DNA of 63,396 nt, filler included, from Octopus bimaculoides (Eukaryota): the NCBI RefSeq assembly GCF_001194135.2. It is 8 parts of 8 records of this genome, joined end to end, with 100 filler letters (N's around TTAATTAATTAA, not from the genome) between each part and the next. Parts side by side here need not be neighbours in the genome. Positions count along the whole stretch, not along the records: positions 12,207 to 32,103 come from NC_068986.1; positions 32,204 to 37,554 come from NC_069006.1; positions 37,655 to 46,015 come from NC_068988.1; 5 more parts are not named here. One strand, given 5' to 3'. The notes under the pieces were generated by a model, which was not told where the DNA came from, searched no databases, and was given only the letters and a program-made list of their open reading frames with translations. Made by a program: the position numbers and the translations under genes. Below, piece by piece: positions 25,419 through 37,960 of this stretch (its first letter is position 1; every line of letters starts with the position of its first letter).

Positions 25419-28400
25419 TTAAAATGTTGGCAGTGAAGCAAACCAAATCTAATTGTTAAACTTTTGGTAGCTTACAACTGCCTATATGATGGTCATGGCT
25501 GGAATGCCTCTGATCCTAAGTATATTCAGTCAGAGGTGACCTGTAGCTGAACAACAACAGCACTATGTCCCATAATAAAGATGAGATGGGTGTATACAGT
25601 TAAAAATGTCAATTGTATTCTTCAATGAGCTTATATTTGCTATATTTTAAGCAGTTGACTATAGCTATCTGACAACAATCATAACAATAGGAATTGTGTT
25701 AAAAGTATATGCCTCTCTGTCAAATAGATCAACAAAAGATGAATTATATAGAGAATGAAACATCATTTATTGTCATTTTTTATATATCTCCAGATCCTAT
25801 GACAGATTGCCAAGGATCCATTAGAAAGCAAGTGGCTCTATTTTACAGCTGACATAAAATTTTTGTTAATGCATTTGTATTGATGGACTGTAAGCTTTCT
25901 GCTAATGTCTAATATAGTAAAAAATCATCATTAGCTACTTGCAAAGTTCATCACCTGAAGTAATGGCTCACTTCAAGCAGATGTGTGAAATAAATTTAAT
26001 GTGGTGGGGTTGCTGTCTACTATGATCTGACATGTGTGACTTGAAAGAATGGAGTTTAGAAAAGCATAGGAATTAATAACATCAACTGTGTGTGAGAGAC
26101 AGAGAGAGAGAGAAAGAGAGAGGGAGAAAGTATCAAATCTGTAAAGATAGGAAATGAAAATTGAAAAAGCATATATTATAAACTCTGAAAATGCATTCAA
26201 GTGTTATGAAAAAATATCTAAATTTTGAACCACAATTTAATTATACTCTAAGAACAGGCTTCACTCTTGCTTCACAGAGATTTGATCAATGTCAGGAAAG
26301 TCATTCAGCTGTAAAGATTCAACGTAAAAGTGATAAATAAAAAGAATAACAACCACTAAATTTCCAACTGAAAATTTGCAGGTCCATCTAGCTCTTGAGA
26401 ATATTTCAAAAGGTTGCAACTTTGAATTTTCTTTTTCTTTTCTTTTGTATATGAGGGATCTAATCAGATGAGGAAGGAAACGACAGTTGGGCCATTGAAA
26501 CTGGTCGATGGAAAGAGAAGGAAAACTCAAAGCATTCCTGCAGTAGTAATCAGTGGTTTCAAGATATTGGAGTTATCCTGGTCTGGATGCTTGCAACAGA
26601 ATGAATTCCACTAAGGATAAATAGTTGCTGTTGAACTGGCAACAGTTTAAATCTGCCACCCAAAGATTTATATAAAATGCTGGATCACAAATCCAAAGGT
26701 CAAAAGAATAGATTTCAGTCAGAATTGCTCTTTGTTGTTGTTTAAACACAAGTTAGTTCTGGTGAAGTAGTCAAAGACATTCTAGCTTTGACCATCCTAT
26801 CTTTATATAGACATATCTAGGATACCATTATCCAATAAATTCTTTTAAGATAATTTGGGGAAGATATGGCTGTTATTTTTCTCAGGTCTAGCAGCTCTTT
26901 CACTGGCTGGGGCATTGGTTGAATAAATTGTTTTTTTTTTGTTTATTTGTTTGTTGAGTTTTTTTTCCCCATTTAAATAATGCTTGGGTAGTTACTCCTC
27001 TGCTTAGTAAAGGTGGTACCTATTGCTTGTTAAGCATACTGAGGTAAGGAAGGATACATTTAGGAGCTCTCTGCACTGGTTATGACAAGTTTTTATCTGA
27101 TGACAATTTCATTAGTAATCACATCTCTTAATTTGCTGAGCCAATGAGGTGGTCCCTCAGCTTGGTTGCTTGACTTACTTGAAATAGCAACCAAATCTCC
27201 TTCAAATTACACTCTTCTAAAAAAAGTAGAGAAGTTCATATTGGATGATATAGTCTGACATAAACTGTGAAAAGTCAGGATGGCCATGATTAGAGTACCC
27301 TTCATCATTAGTCAGCCCTGCCTAGGATGACCTGGGGCTAAACAACACAACACTTGAGTGGTTTCCAAGAAAATGGGCATTTAGTCTATTTTAGTATGGA
27401 ACAAGAAATAAGAATAGATATTTCAATCAATACTTCATTAACCAGTTAGTTTTTAGTGTGTCTTCACTTGGTTTTCTTTTCTTGTTGGGTTGATGTGGCA
27501 GCTCTCAGTAACAAACATGGGAAGACTGAAGTATAAAAATACAAAGAAAATAGATCTTAAACAAGGAAATTTTTAAGTGTTGTTGATTATTCTAACTTCT
27601 AATTATTGATTTCTCACATCAGCTCAAAACTACAAATGTGTAACAAAGCAATATCATCATTTGAATCAACCATCAGTAACAAACTGCATCTATGTGATCA
27701 CTCAGTCTGCTAGAAAGAGTCACCAAGTCTCTATCAGTTTATAGCTTACCATGTGTTAAAATTAAAATGGGATGACACATTGATTAATGTGATCCAAGGT
27801 ATACTGTATCAAAAAAAGTATTGGATATTTATGGCTAGAGCACCTTTGATCATAAATGTGTTGGATCAGGGCTGACCTGGGGCTAAGCAACAACCAGAAA
27901 CACAAGAGCCTCTATGTAGTTGCTCAGCCTGTTAGAGACAGCAGCCAAATTTCCTACAAATCACACCCTACGATGTTAAAGAAAGGACAGATAAAACGGA
28001 CAAAGTAATCTTTGATTGATAAAGAATATGAGTATGTGGCTACATGATACTCTGAATCGGTTAACCGAATGTTGAACAATAACAACAGTACATTGGAAAT
28101 AGCAATAATCATTTCCTTTGACAAAGTAATTGCCTACTTTTTATCGTTATAATTTAATTAATCGAAATAGATCGCATCTATTATTGAAATGCTAAGTTAG
28201 GCTCTATGGAATTTGAACTAAAACATAGATACTGTAATGTATGCAGTTAAGAACTACACCATTTCTGACACTTCAATGTTTTGAGAGAGAGAGAGAGAGG
28301 GAGGAGAGAGAAGGAAGGAAGAGAGAGAAGGGGGCAGAGAGAGAGAGTGTGTGCAATATTGTTGAGTATTAATATGTACATAATTTAGTAAATATCGTTG

Positions 28401-29279
28401 CCATCATCATCAAACTACCTTCATCTTTGTCACCATCTTACACACTTTAGTATCCACATTCTGGTGTTGGATTTAAACTTTCTCACAACAGTTCTAACAA
28501 TAATTGTTGCAGACAACAACAATAGTCTTTGTTTTACAGAAAAAAATAAAAACTTCATGTTAAAAAATAAAACTTTAATAATTCTTTTCAAAAGTCAAGT
28601 TTAGTCATTGTGTGTGGTATGTGTTTATGTGTGATCAAGAGGTTTCTCATAGTCATGTAAGATATCCACTAAGTGGTGACATCAGTGTGTGTGATTAGTT
28701 TGTTGTGGACTGGGAAGCTGATGAATTCCATAATTAATATTGGAGGTTAGTGTCCGAGTATGTATTCTTCTGTGTTTTTCAACTATACTTTGTGACATTA
28801 TACTGAAACTGTTTGGTGTTTAAATTTTGGATTTATGAATTGGACAAACAGCAAAAAATAAATTTATGGCCTTTGTGGATTACAATGGTTCTCATTGGAT
28901 AATTTAGTCAAGTTTGATCTTTGAAGAGTGCTTTTAAAGTATTTGCCTGGATTTTTAATCTCTTTTTTTTGCCTAAAACAGCTTACCTCTCTACTATACT
29001 CCTTTTCAGTTGAGGAAACTTTTTTTTGTCCTGTGAGTTACATAGCAACTTAACTGCTGCTGATGCCATGAAAAAGGCCTCTACCACACTCTGTAAAGTG
29101 GTTGGCATTAGGAAGACCATCCAATCATAGAAAGCATGCTAAAACAGGCATTGGAGAATGGTACATTCCTCCAACTCACATCCTGTCAAAACTATCCAGC
29201 CCATGCAAACATGGAAGGAAAACATTATGAGTACTCAATTTATATTGTGAGTTAGCCAGGTATTTCTTCAATGATAAGT

Positions 29280-29716
29280 GGGCTACCTCTGTCGTACACT
29301 AATCTCTTGGTTCCAATACCTCTCTCAACCAAGAGGTCCTTGTCTCATGAGCTCACAGGTGCTCATGCCATATAAAAATGCCAATTTTGGTGTCACATAA
29401 AAATCACCCATGCTGGTGCCACATGAAAAGCACCCATACTGGTGTCATGTAAGAAGCACTTGTGCAGGTACCACATACAAAGCACCCATGCCAGTGCCAC
29501 ATATAAAGCACACATGTTGGTTCCACATATAAAGCACTGATGCTGGTGCCATATAGAAAGCACCTTGTACACTCTGTAAAGTTGTTGGCATTAGGAAGGA
29601 TATCTAGCTGTAGAAATCTTGCCAAAACAGATAGTTGGAGCCTGGTACAGCTCTCTAGCTGGCCAGCTCCTGTCAAACCATCCATGCTAGCATGCAAAAT
29701 GAACATGAAATGATGA
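29280..29716 (+). mobile_element. SINE-like element with an internal about 27-bp minisatellite and RTE-derived 3' tail
   Basis: About 7 units of TGGTGCCACAT(A/G)AAAGCACCCATGC, then TTGGCATTAGGAAGG...CCATGCTAGCATG...(ATG)n, matching the RTE 3' end. Confidence 0.65.
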
Positions 29717-29818
29717 TGGTGGGTATAATTATGTTTATGTGTAGTGAAAGAGTGAAATACCAGCTGTGTATAAATAAATATATGTATATATTAAATATAA
29801 AATCTCTTTGTTTTACAG

Positions 29819-29957
29819 AAGTATCAAGCTTCCCATTCAAAACTCCTAAGTGAATTAGCTGGTGCAAATGAAGAAAAACAGCAACGAGTTCAGCTAGATA
29901 TTGACAGTATTAGCTGTCACATCAAAAAACTTACAGAACACCTTAACTTGATGAAGT
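29819..29957 (+). CDS. Intact internal coding-type exon, helical/coiled-coil peptide, gene unidentified
   Basis: tctctttgttttacag|AAG...AAGT|gtaagta; open frame KYQASHSKLLSELAGANEEKQQRVQLDIDSISCHIKKLTEHLNLMK (phase 0 to 1). Confidence 0.65.
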
Positions 29958-30806
29958 GTAAGTAACAAAGTAGTCTTTAAATTTCAGATTTTAAATAGCT
30001 GTATTTTTATTGGTTGCCTTATGCATGTAGTTAAATATGTATAAATATAAGAAATAATATTTATAGACTATATTCTAAATCTTAAACCATTCACCAAAAT
30101 CATAATTAGTCAAGCTTAGAAAAAAAACTTTGAGAACGATCAAGAGATAAATTATCAAACATTAATCCTCCATTGTTTCAACCAGATGTATAAAAGTATA
30201 AAATGTATAAGTACATTTTTGTTGGTTTGAAATGAGTCACATTCCTTTAAACTATATTCCATCACAAATAGATTGTATGGAATCATATTTAGGCTCTTGA
30301 GAAGACTGTCCAGGAACTTTGTGGCATTATTTGTTTGAATGCAAAAATTACTAGTCTGAGAGAAAGGACATTTTAAAACTGGTCTTAAAAAGGCTACCTT
30401 GATTGGAGGTGTAGTTTATTTTCAATGATTCACCAACCATAAAAAAATTTAATTCAAGGAGCCTCTAAAAAGATTTAACCAGTTTGTATATCTTTCTCCC
30501 TTTTTTCCTTTCTAGTTCACTTTTTTCTTCTGCTTTGATATAACAGGTATTATATACTTTTTTTCCCCCCATCAGTCATGACTAACCAACTTTACCAGAG
30601 TATTTAAACTGGTTAGATAAATAAATAAGATAATATGTATACAAGTATCATGTATAGTCATATCCATGTTTCATAAACATTGTGAAATTAGGTCCCATTG
30701 TTAAACCACTGGACTATGAGCAGTTTGGAAACAGGACCAAGCTGCAACAAGGATTGACTCCATCTTCATGCCAAGCTTTCAAAAACCTTGTTATTTAATT
30801 ATTTAG

Positions 30807-31026
30807 CCCTTTAGCATTTAATCTGGTCACATCCAGCCCAAATATTCTTCCTGTTTTATGTTCAAGCTGGCCAGATTTGACCTTTCACACCTATCCTACA
30901 ATGCCATTCTAAAAATAAACAATCAAGTTGTTGAAATCTCAGAGCTACAAGAAAATGCATGATTAATTCAAAACAATGTGAATAAATAAGTATTACATTT
31001 GACAGAATAATCTGAATGATAAAGGG
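30807..31026. mobile_element. piggyBac-type MITE, second copy
   Basis: Same family as 25201-25418; left flank TTAG (mutated), right flank TTAA. Confidence 0.8.
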
Positions 31027-31148
31027 TTAACCACTGTACCTAATTTCACAGCAAGGCTAACTATATTGTTTATTAAACATATGGATACAATACTATACAC
31101 ACACACACACACACACATATATTCATAGCTCTCACAGTATTAGTACTC

Positions 31149-31184
<36 letters not shown>

Positions 31185-32054
31185 CAATTAAACAAATAAA
31201 CAAATAAAAAAAAACGAACATGAGGCCATGCACAAGAAATGAGCTTGATGCTCAGTGAATGGAGAGAGTTTGACATTTCAAGCATAGTTCTTCATTGGAA
31301 AGGAGAAAGGGAAAAGTCCAAAGATGGAGAAGAAATAGCCAATAGCACATATGTAGTTACATTGCTGGGCACAGCTATGGGTATGTGGTTAAGAAGTTCA
31401 TTTCACAATATTTATTTTCAAGTTCCATCCCACTAAACAACTACCTGTCAAGTATTTTCTGTTATAGCTCTGAGCTGACCAAAAGGAAACTTTGTAGAGG
31501 TCCATCGTGTATATAATATATGTGTTTATGTCGTACTGTGTGTGTATGTTCATCTTTCACTGCTTGACAATGTTGGTTTATTTACATTGCCATAGCTTTG
31601 CAATTCAGCAAAACGGATACCTATAGAATAAGTATTAGACTTAAAATAAGTACTAGGGTCTATTTCTACTACTAAACCCTTCAAGCAGTGCCCCACCATT
31701 GTCACTGCCCAATGACTGAAAAGGTAAAAGAATAAGAAAATATTATTTGTTTGTTTGTTTTTATGTCCATTTTGAGCATAGACAATGTTTATATGGGTTA
31801 AAAGAATATATTATTAAGGCACTATTCTACTGCCAGATGCCCTTCTTGTTGCTAACTCTTATTTGTTTTTCAAATAAGTGATCTCTCATTCCACACATCT
31901 TTGAAGGCGCAAAAGATAGTAGCCAATTTGTTGACAAGGAATATGACAACAGTATTACGACTTGTAACTCAGTACCTTTCAGAGAAGCACAAATGTAAAT
32001 AAACACTGACACGCATGCAAGCACACAAACATACACACAGTATATGTATATATG

Positions 32055-32103
<49 letters not shown>

Positions 32104-32203
32104 NNNNNNNNNNNNNNNNNNNNNNNNNNNNNNNNNNNNNNNNNNNNTTAATTAATTAANNNNNNNNNNNNNNNNNNNNNNNNNNNNNNNNNNNNNNNNN
32201 NNN

Positions 32204-33111
32204 CTGCTGAGGATATGCGTAAGCTTGCAAGGAATGAAGCCAGTATGCTGCACTGGATGTGTAATGTCAGTGTGCATATCCGACAGTGTGTAAGTATCTT
32301 GAGAGAAAAGCTGAACATAAGAAGCATCAGTTGTGGTGTGCAAGAGAGACGACTGTGCTGGTATGGTCATGTGATATGAATGGATGAGGATAGCTGTGTG
32401 AAAAAGTGTCACACCCTAGCAGTTGAGGGAAATTGTGGAAAAGGTAGACCCAGGAAGACCTGGGATGAGGTAGTGAAACACGACCTTCGAACATTAGGCC
32501 TCACCAAGGCAATGACTAGTAACCGAGACCTTTGGAAATATGCTGTGCGTGAGAAGACCTGGCAAGCCAAGTGAGACCATAACCTGTTGGCGTATGCCAG
32601 TGGTATAACTAGCCCACTTATTCGTACCTTTCTTTCAATGGACACTAAACTCTGCTTGTGAAGACCTGTTGAGGCAAGTGAAATCGGAATCAAATTTGAT
32701 GATAGCACCGCATGACTGGCATCCACGCCAGTAGAGCGCTAAGAGCATCATCCGAGCATGATCGTGGCCAGGGCTGCTGTGTGGGCTTCCATACTAGTGG
32801 CACATAAAAAGCACCATTCAAGCATGATCGCTACCAGCGTCACCTTATTGGATCCTGCACAGGTGACACATAAAAAAACCATTTGAGCGTGGCCATTACC
32901 AGTACTGCCTGACAGGCCCTCGAGCCGGTGGCATGTAAAAGCGCCCACTGCACTCTTGGAGTGGTTGGCTTTAGGAAGGGCATCCAGCCATAGAAACCTT
33001 GCCAGATCAAATTGGAGCCTGGTGCAGCCATCTGGCTCACTAGTCCCCAGTCAAATCGTCCAACCCATGCCAGCATGGAAAGTGGACATTAAATGACGAT
33101 GATGATGATGA
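32204..33111 (+). mobile_element. RTE-clade LINE 3' part
   Basis: RRLCWYGHV..MDEDSCVKKC...GRPRKTWDEVVKHDL, followed by the 3' UTR and (GAT)n tail. Confidence 0.9.
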
Positions 33112-33460
33112 TACACACACACACACACACACATACATACACACATACAGAGAAATAATCAGGAAATGGAGAAAACCTCAGATTAACAAACACATTAATG
33201 GGACCACATTTAAAGCTTATTTTTTAATANNNNNNNNNNTCAGATTAACAAACACATTAATGGGACCACATTTAAAGCTTATTTTTTAATATACAAAGCA
33301 TGACATAACAAATAGGTGATGTGACAAATCTTACGGCTGTTTTTGCATCCTTTTTCAAGTGGTGCCTATAAATAATTGCGAAAATAAAATTCTACGTTTT
33401 TGTAGGACATTCAGATCAAGGCACGAAGATTATATGCATATATATATACATATATATATT

Positions 33461-33922
33461 ACCTTTCTTTCATTGGACACTAAACTCTGCTTGTGAAGAC
33501 CTGTTGGGGCAAGTGAAATCGGAATCAAATTTGATGACAGCACCGCATGACTGGCATCCGTGCTAGTGGAGCGCTAAGAGCACCATCCGAGCATAATCGT
33601 GGCCTCCCCTGTGCTGGTGGCATGTAAAAAGCACCATTTGAGCGTGATCGTTACCAATGTTACCTTACTGGCACTTGTGTCAGTGGTATGTTGAAAACAC
33701 CATTTGAGCATGGCCATTTCCAGTACTGTCTGACTGGCCCTCGAGTCGGTGGCACGTAAAAGCACCCACTACATTCTTGGGGTGGTTGGCTTTAGGAAGG
33801 GCATCCAGTTGTAGAAACTCTGCCAGATTAGATTGGGGCCTGGTGCAGCCATCTGACCCACTAGTCCCCAGACAAACGGTCCAACCCATGCCAGCATTGA
33901 AAGCAGACGTAAATGATGATGA
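33461..33922 (+). mobile_element. RTE 3' UTR copy
   Basis: Closely matches 32630-33111. Confidence 0.85.
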
Positions 33923-34317
33923 TATATATGTGTGTGTGTGTACATATATATATACATATATAAATATAAATGTATTATTTATATATATCGTTTAATGTCC
34001 GCTTTCCACGCTAGCATGGGTTATATATATATATGTATGTAAGAAATAGCGTTCTTTTTGCTACAACTTTAAAAATTTTGTTCGGTTTTTGTAATTGTGG
34101 AATTTTTTCACCGTGAACGGTTTGTGTTTTTAAACCAAATGTATTTTTCCTGATGTTATATTTATTCCTGTATGATGTGTAAAGAAATTTTGATTTATTA
34201 AGTCTCTTAATGAATTCTTTATACTGAAATAAATATTGAAGAAGATAAATATGTTCATTTGAATATATACGTTTTTGCGTCGTAACTCCTTTATTATTAT
34301 TTATATATATATATATA

Positions 34318-34460
34318 CCGGAGTAAGCACATAAATGTGCAACAAGGTGGAGAAAAGAGTACTCAAATACCAGAGGTAGAGTAATATGCTTTATTTAAAA
34401 GCATCAGAAATATAACAAAAAGCTGTTACTCAGAGTTTCACGTTCCCGTTCATCGGACAG
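34318..34460 (-). mobile_element. Penelope-type terminal repeat remnant
   Basis: Contains a hammerhead core followed by AATAAAG on the minus strand; same strand as the PLE at 36616-37554. Confidence 0.55.
34423..34460 (-). ncRNA. Minimal type I hammerhead ribozyme (U4C core variant)
   Basis: Minus strand CTGT-CCGATGA-ACG(GGAA)CGT-GAAA-CTC(T)GAG-TA-ACAG: 4-bp stem I, 3-bp stem II with tetraloop, near loopless stem III, GUA cleavage triplet. Confidence 0.7.
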
Positions 34461-35435
34461 TTTTGTTAGAAATGGGAGAGAAATAACGATGCAATCAAAA
34501 CTAATATAAATTAAAAAAACATGGATCTGTTTCATTGGTTGTTTCAAATAACGGTCTTAAGGTATGCAATGAACAAAATAAACAAAACAAATGAATTCAA
34601 TATAGATTCATCCTATTTTTAAAAAATCAAAGAAAACCTTAAATTGGAAAGTGGGTTCAAAATACATATTGTAAATAATTATATTCGAATTATCGCTCAA
34701 TTAACACATTAAAATTAAAATAAAATTTACGCTGCATTAAAATAAAAATAAAAATTTTACAACAGCATATACGCATACAAAACTATCTACAACATACATA
34801 TATACATCAAAATACACAGATGCATATGTACAGACAATATACGTATAGAGGCATATATTTGTAAGACATAAATACATGCACGTGTATACATGTTTACATA
34901 TACATATATGCACGCAATCATGCTCGCATACGAAAATATTCAGCATTAGAAGAGACAAGTGTATCTTAAACTTATGGAGGGGCGAAGTAAGAGTTGAGAA
35001 GACTAACGTATAGATAAAGGACGTTACTAATGCAGAAAGGGAGATAGCATGGTTTTTCGTGAGGAAAGAAAGAAAGAAAGAAGGGAAGAAAGAAATAGAG
35101 AAAGAAGGAAAGAAAGAAAGAAGGACGTAGAGTGTATATAACAAACGCACACAAAATTGGATTATGTATATATGTGTATACAAAAATGTATTGATACAAC
35201 CACCGAAAAACAAATTAATGTTATATCCCTATCTCCCGAGCTGGGTTTGAAACCGTATTCTGGTTGTTGAGGACAATGGTATTCCTTTGTCCTGTCAACA
35301 AGCACAGCTATTTTTAGCGTAGGTGTGATCGATGACTCTTTCCGGTCATCAAAAGTTCAGAAAAACAAGTTAGGAATTGTACTAAACTGACCCAGCTTTG
35401 GAGGGAGTAAGGTAGCACTGTTGAGCTACGGTATT

Positions 35436-36118
35436 TGTGATAAATACGACAGCGAGATTTGGGATCGAGCAGTTGGCGCGAGGCGGTTGGCCAGAGCAGT
35501 TGGCCAGGGAGTTGGATGAAGAACGTCAGCCAGTGAAGATGTACAGCAGTTGATGTGAAGGCCAGTGGAGCCAGTGAAGATGAACAGTGATAAGTCTGAC
35601 AAAGAGAGGCCGAGAGAGAGAGCCTATGGTCAGCAGGTACGAGTCAGCAGAAATGCATAGAGTCTCAGAGAGAGAGGGACAGAGACATGAAACTGTGTGA
35701 CAGGCAAAAAAAAAAAGATTGTAGTTGGTCACTTCTTGTGGATTGTAGTAGGAGCTTTGAAGGAAAGGAAATTCTTGCGGTAAAGGTTTGTGTAAATATT
35801 CTTCAAAGAAAAATGTACTTGTCGTTACATGATGTTAAAAGAACTGTTAACTTTTGTGTGATGTTAACTGGTGGAAAAGAAAAGAAAAACAATGAAGTGA
35901 AAGAACTTTTAATTTACTTGATATACAAACTCTTGATTGTAAACTTGTCATTATGCAATGTTCTGAAACCTTTGTTAAATGCTATTGAATTGTTGTTACG
36001 CAATGTTTTGTATTGATGATGTATTGTTTTGATGTAAAAAGAAAACAAGTTAGTTCCACTACCCAACGTATGGTCTCCGTGTTATTTCTTCCTCCTTTTG
36101 CCTGTTGTCTTCGTTACA
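35436..36118 (+). mobile_element. Possible solo LTR
   Basis: TGTGA...TTACA termini; GA-rich internal repeats then a T-rich segment. No TSD found. Confidence 0.35.
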
Positions 36119-36615
36119 TGCTCTGGCTGGGCTTATTAGTCGTGGCGAACATCCCGACTCACTGAGCGTCGACGTTTGCACGCGCACGAGTTTTCTCTTC
36201 ATCGAGGTGCTTCGCGTGCAGGCGTTCGTAACAGTATATTAGCATCATGTATACAGATATATAGGGATGAATATATATGCACAGCTACAATGCAGACATC
36301 CACATAAAAAACTTTTAGGTCTTAACGTGTATATTTTTAAAGAAATTGCTGAGTTATAATAGCGAAAATACATTCATAATAGAATCCCATATATCGAACC
36401 ATCCATAAAAATGGTTAAATTCATTTACAAAATATTTAAAAATAAATAAAAATAAAAACAATAAAACTATGCATATAACAGTCGAAAGCATTCTTAAAAA
36501 TATAGGGATCTATACAATATTCTTGCAATGCGAAGTAAATCATGCATAATGAGATACAAATCCAATAGTGAGATTGCAAACTGGTTTCAAGGAGTCAAAA
36601 ATTATCAAAAATATA

Positions 36616-37554
36616 CTACCCATATGGTATGTTATTAGCTGACATTTTAAATTTAGACGCATGTCTACATGAATTTAAAAGTTTGTGTCTTTGGTTTAAA
36701 GCTTTCTTGTCTTGGAATAAAATATGGAATTTCTCTAATAGACACAAATCACATTTAATTGGTCTTTTGTGGGCACCGTGCCTGTAAGGCGATGCTCTAC
36801 CTAAAATCCTCCATGTCACGTTGAAAGGTCGGGTTTTGCTTTCTTTTAATTGCCAGGCGTATTTAGCCAGGCTAGTCTTTGTCCTATTTTCGGGGTATCT
36901 GAATGAATTTTCAGAAGCCCCTGTATAAGTTCTATATTCGTGTGAGCCTTCTATCTGGACTTTGGCTCTATACACGATACCTTTATCCAGACGTCTCTCT
37001 TCCAATGGACAGGAGGTTCCATCTTTGCAATTGCAGCTTTTTGGAAAAGAATCGTCATTATGGGTTGTAGCAATTATCTTGTTGTGCTGGCTAATCAAAG
37101 AGGCGGAGTTTTTGCAGCAAGAATAGCTGATTTTCTATTGAATATTCTATACAACTTATGGTCAGGTTGAAAGTGTCTAGAGACTAATTTTAAAAATTTC
37201 CAACCTATATTAGTTCTTACGGCCATATTGAAAGCTGGGTTAAACCACAAAACTTTCCTAGTCTTAGTTCTACGTGTTATGTTGTTGTTAGCATTAAATT
37301 AGGTATAGTGGATCCTCTCAGAGAATCCATTATTCCTTAATGCATTATTATAATAAGGTGCTACGTTTTGGAATGTTGCCTCATCCGAAGAAATTGACGA
37401 TATTCGCCTACCTACGTTACTAACTAAGTTTCTAAGAATAACTGGCGGATGATTGGATTCTTTGCTAATATAAGATAGTTTATCATTAGGCTTGCGGTAA
37501 GGTTTGAATTTATCTGAATTCAAGTCTAAATTTACATCTAAGAAATCTACTTTT
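36616..37554 (-). mobile_element. Penelope-like element, RT thumb and GIY-YIG endonuclease
   Basis: KPYRKPND..YISKESNHPP..., RKVLWFNP.FN..VRTNIG.KFLKL, CNCKDGTSCPL, GIVYRAKV, YTGASE, CDLCLLEK. Confidence 0.92.
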
Positions 37555-37745
37555 NNNNNNNNNNNNNNNNNNNNNNNNNNNNNNNNNNNNNNNNNNNNTT
37601 AATTAATTAANNNNNNNNNNNNNNNNNNNNNNNNNNNNNNNNNNNNNNNNNNNNATACATACATACATACATACATACATACATACATACATACATACAT
37701 ACATACATACATACATACATACATACATACATACATACATACATA

Positions 37746-37960
37746 GGCAGGTAGTGAGCTGGCAGAATCATTAGCAGGCCGGGTGAAATGCTTGATGGTA
37801 TTTCGTCTGCTGCTATGTTCTGAGTTCAAATTCCACCGAGGTTGACTTTGCATTTCATCCTTTCGGGGTCAATTAAATAAGCACCAGTTATACACTGAGG
37901 TCGATGTAATCAACTAGCCCCTACCCCAAAAATTTTCATGGCCTTGTGCCTAGAGTAGAA
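37746..37960 (+). mobile_element. tRNA-derived SINE family C
   Basis: GAGCTGGCAGAATC...CTGAGTTCAAATTCC...CATCCTTTCGGGGTC; related copies near 11500, 46440-46650, 54000-54200 and 55930-56045. Confidence 0.75.

Larger units (their letters stand above)
21815..30798 (+). pseudogene. Decayed multi-exon gene, putatively KDZ/Zisupton-type transposase C-terminal half
   Basis: GT-AG exon candidates at 21815-~21966, 22096-22233, 23836-23896, 24131-24249, 25794-25889, 26468-~26620, 29819-29957 and 30692-30798. Phases agree across 22233/23836, 23896/24131 and 29957/30692. Motifs in order: SMFHASAH, LLTKLSLEY, LG/IETGRW, WMLATE*, QRVQLDI...IKKL...N, PIVKPLDYEQF. Several stops and frameshifts. Confidence 0.35.

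Noticed and set aside
27443-27525. Minus-strand exon candidate with a strong acceptor that is in phase with the 38235 and 17718 exons
   Set aside because: The donor is weak or ambiguous and every frame has a stop or needs a poor donor; may be chance. Left out of the chains.
30516-30546. 31-nt micro-exon candidate with strong sites
   Set aside because: It gives an early stop in the phase required by the 29819-29957 exon and lies in a pyrimidine-rich tract where such sites arise by chance.
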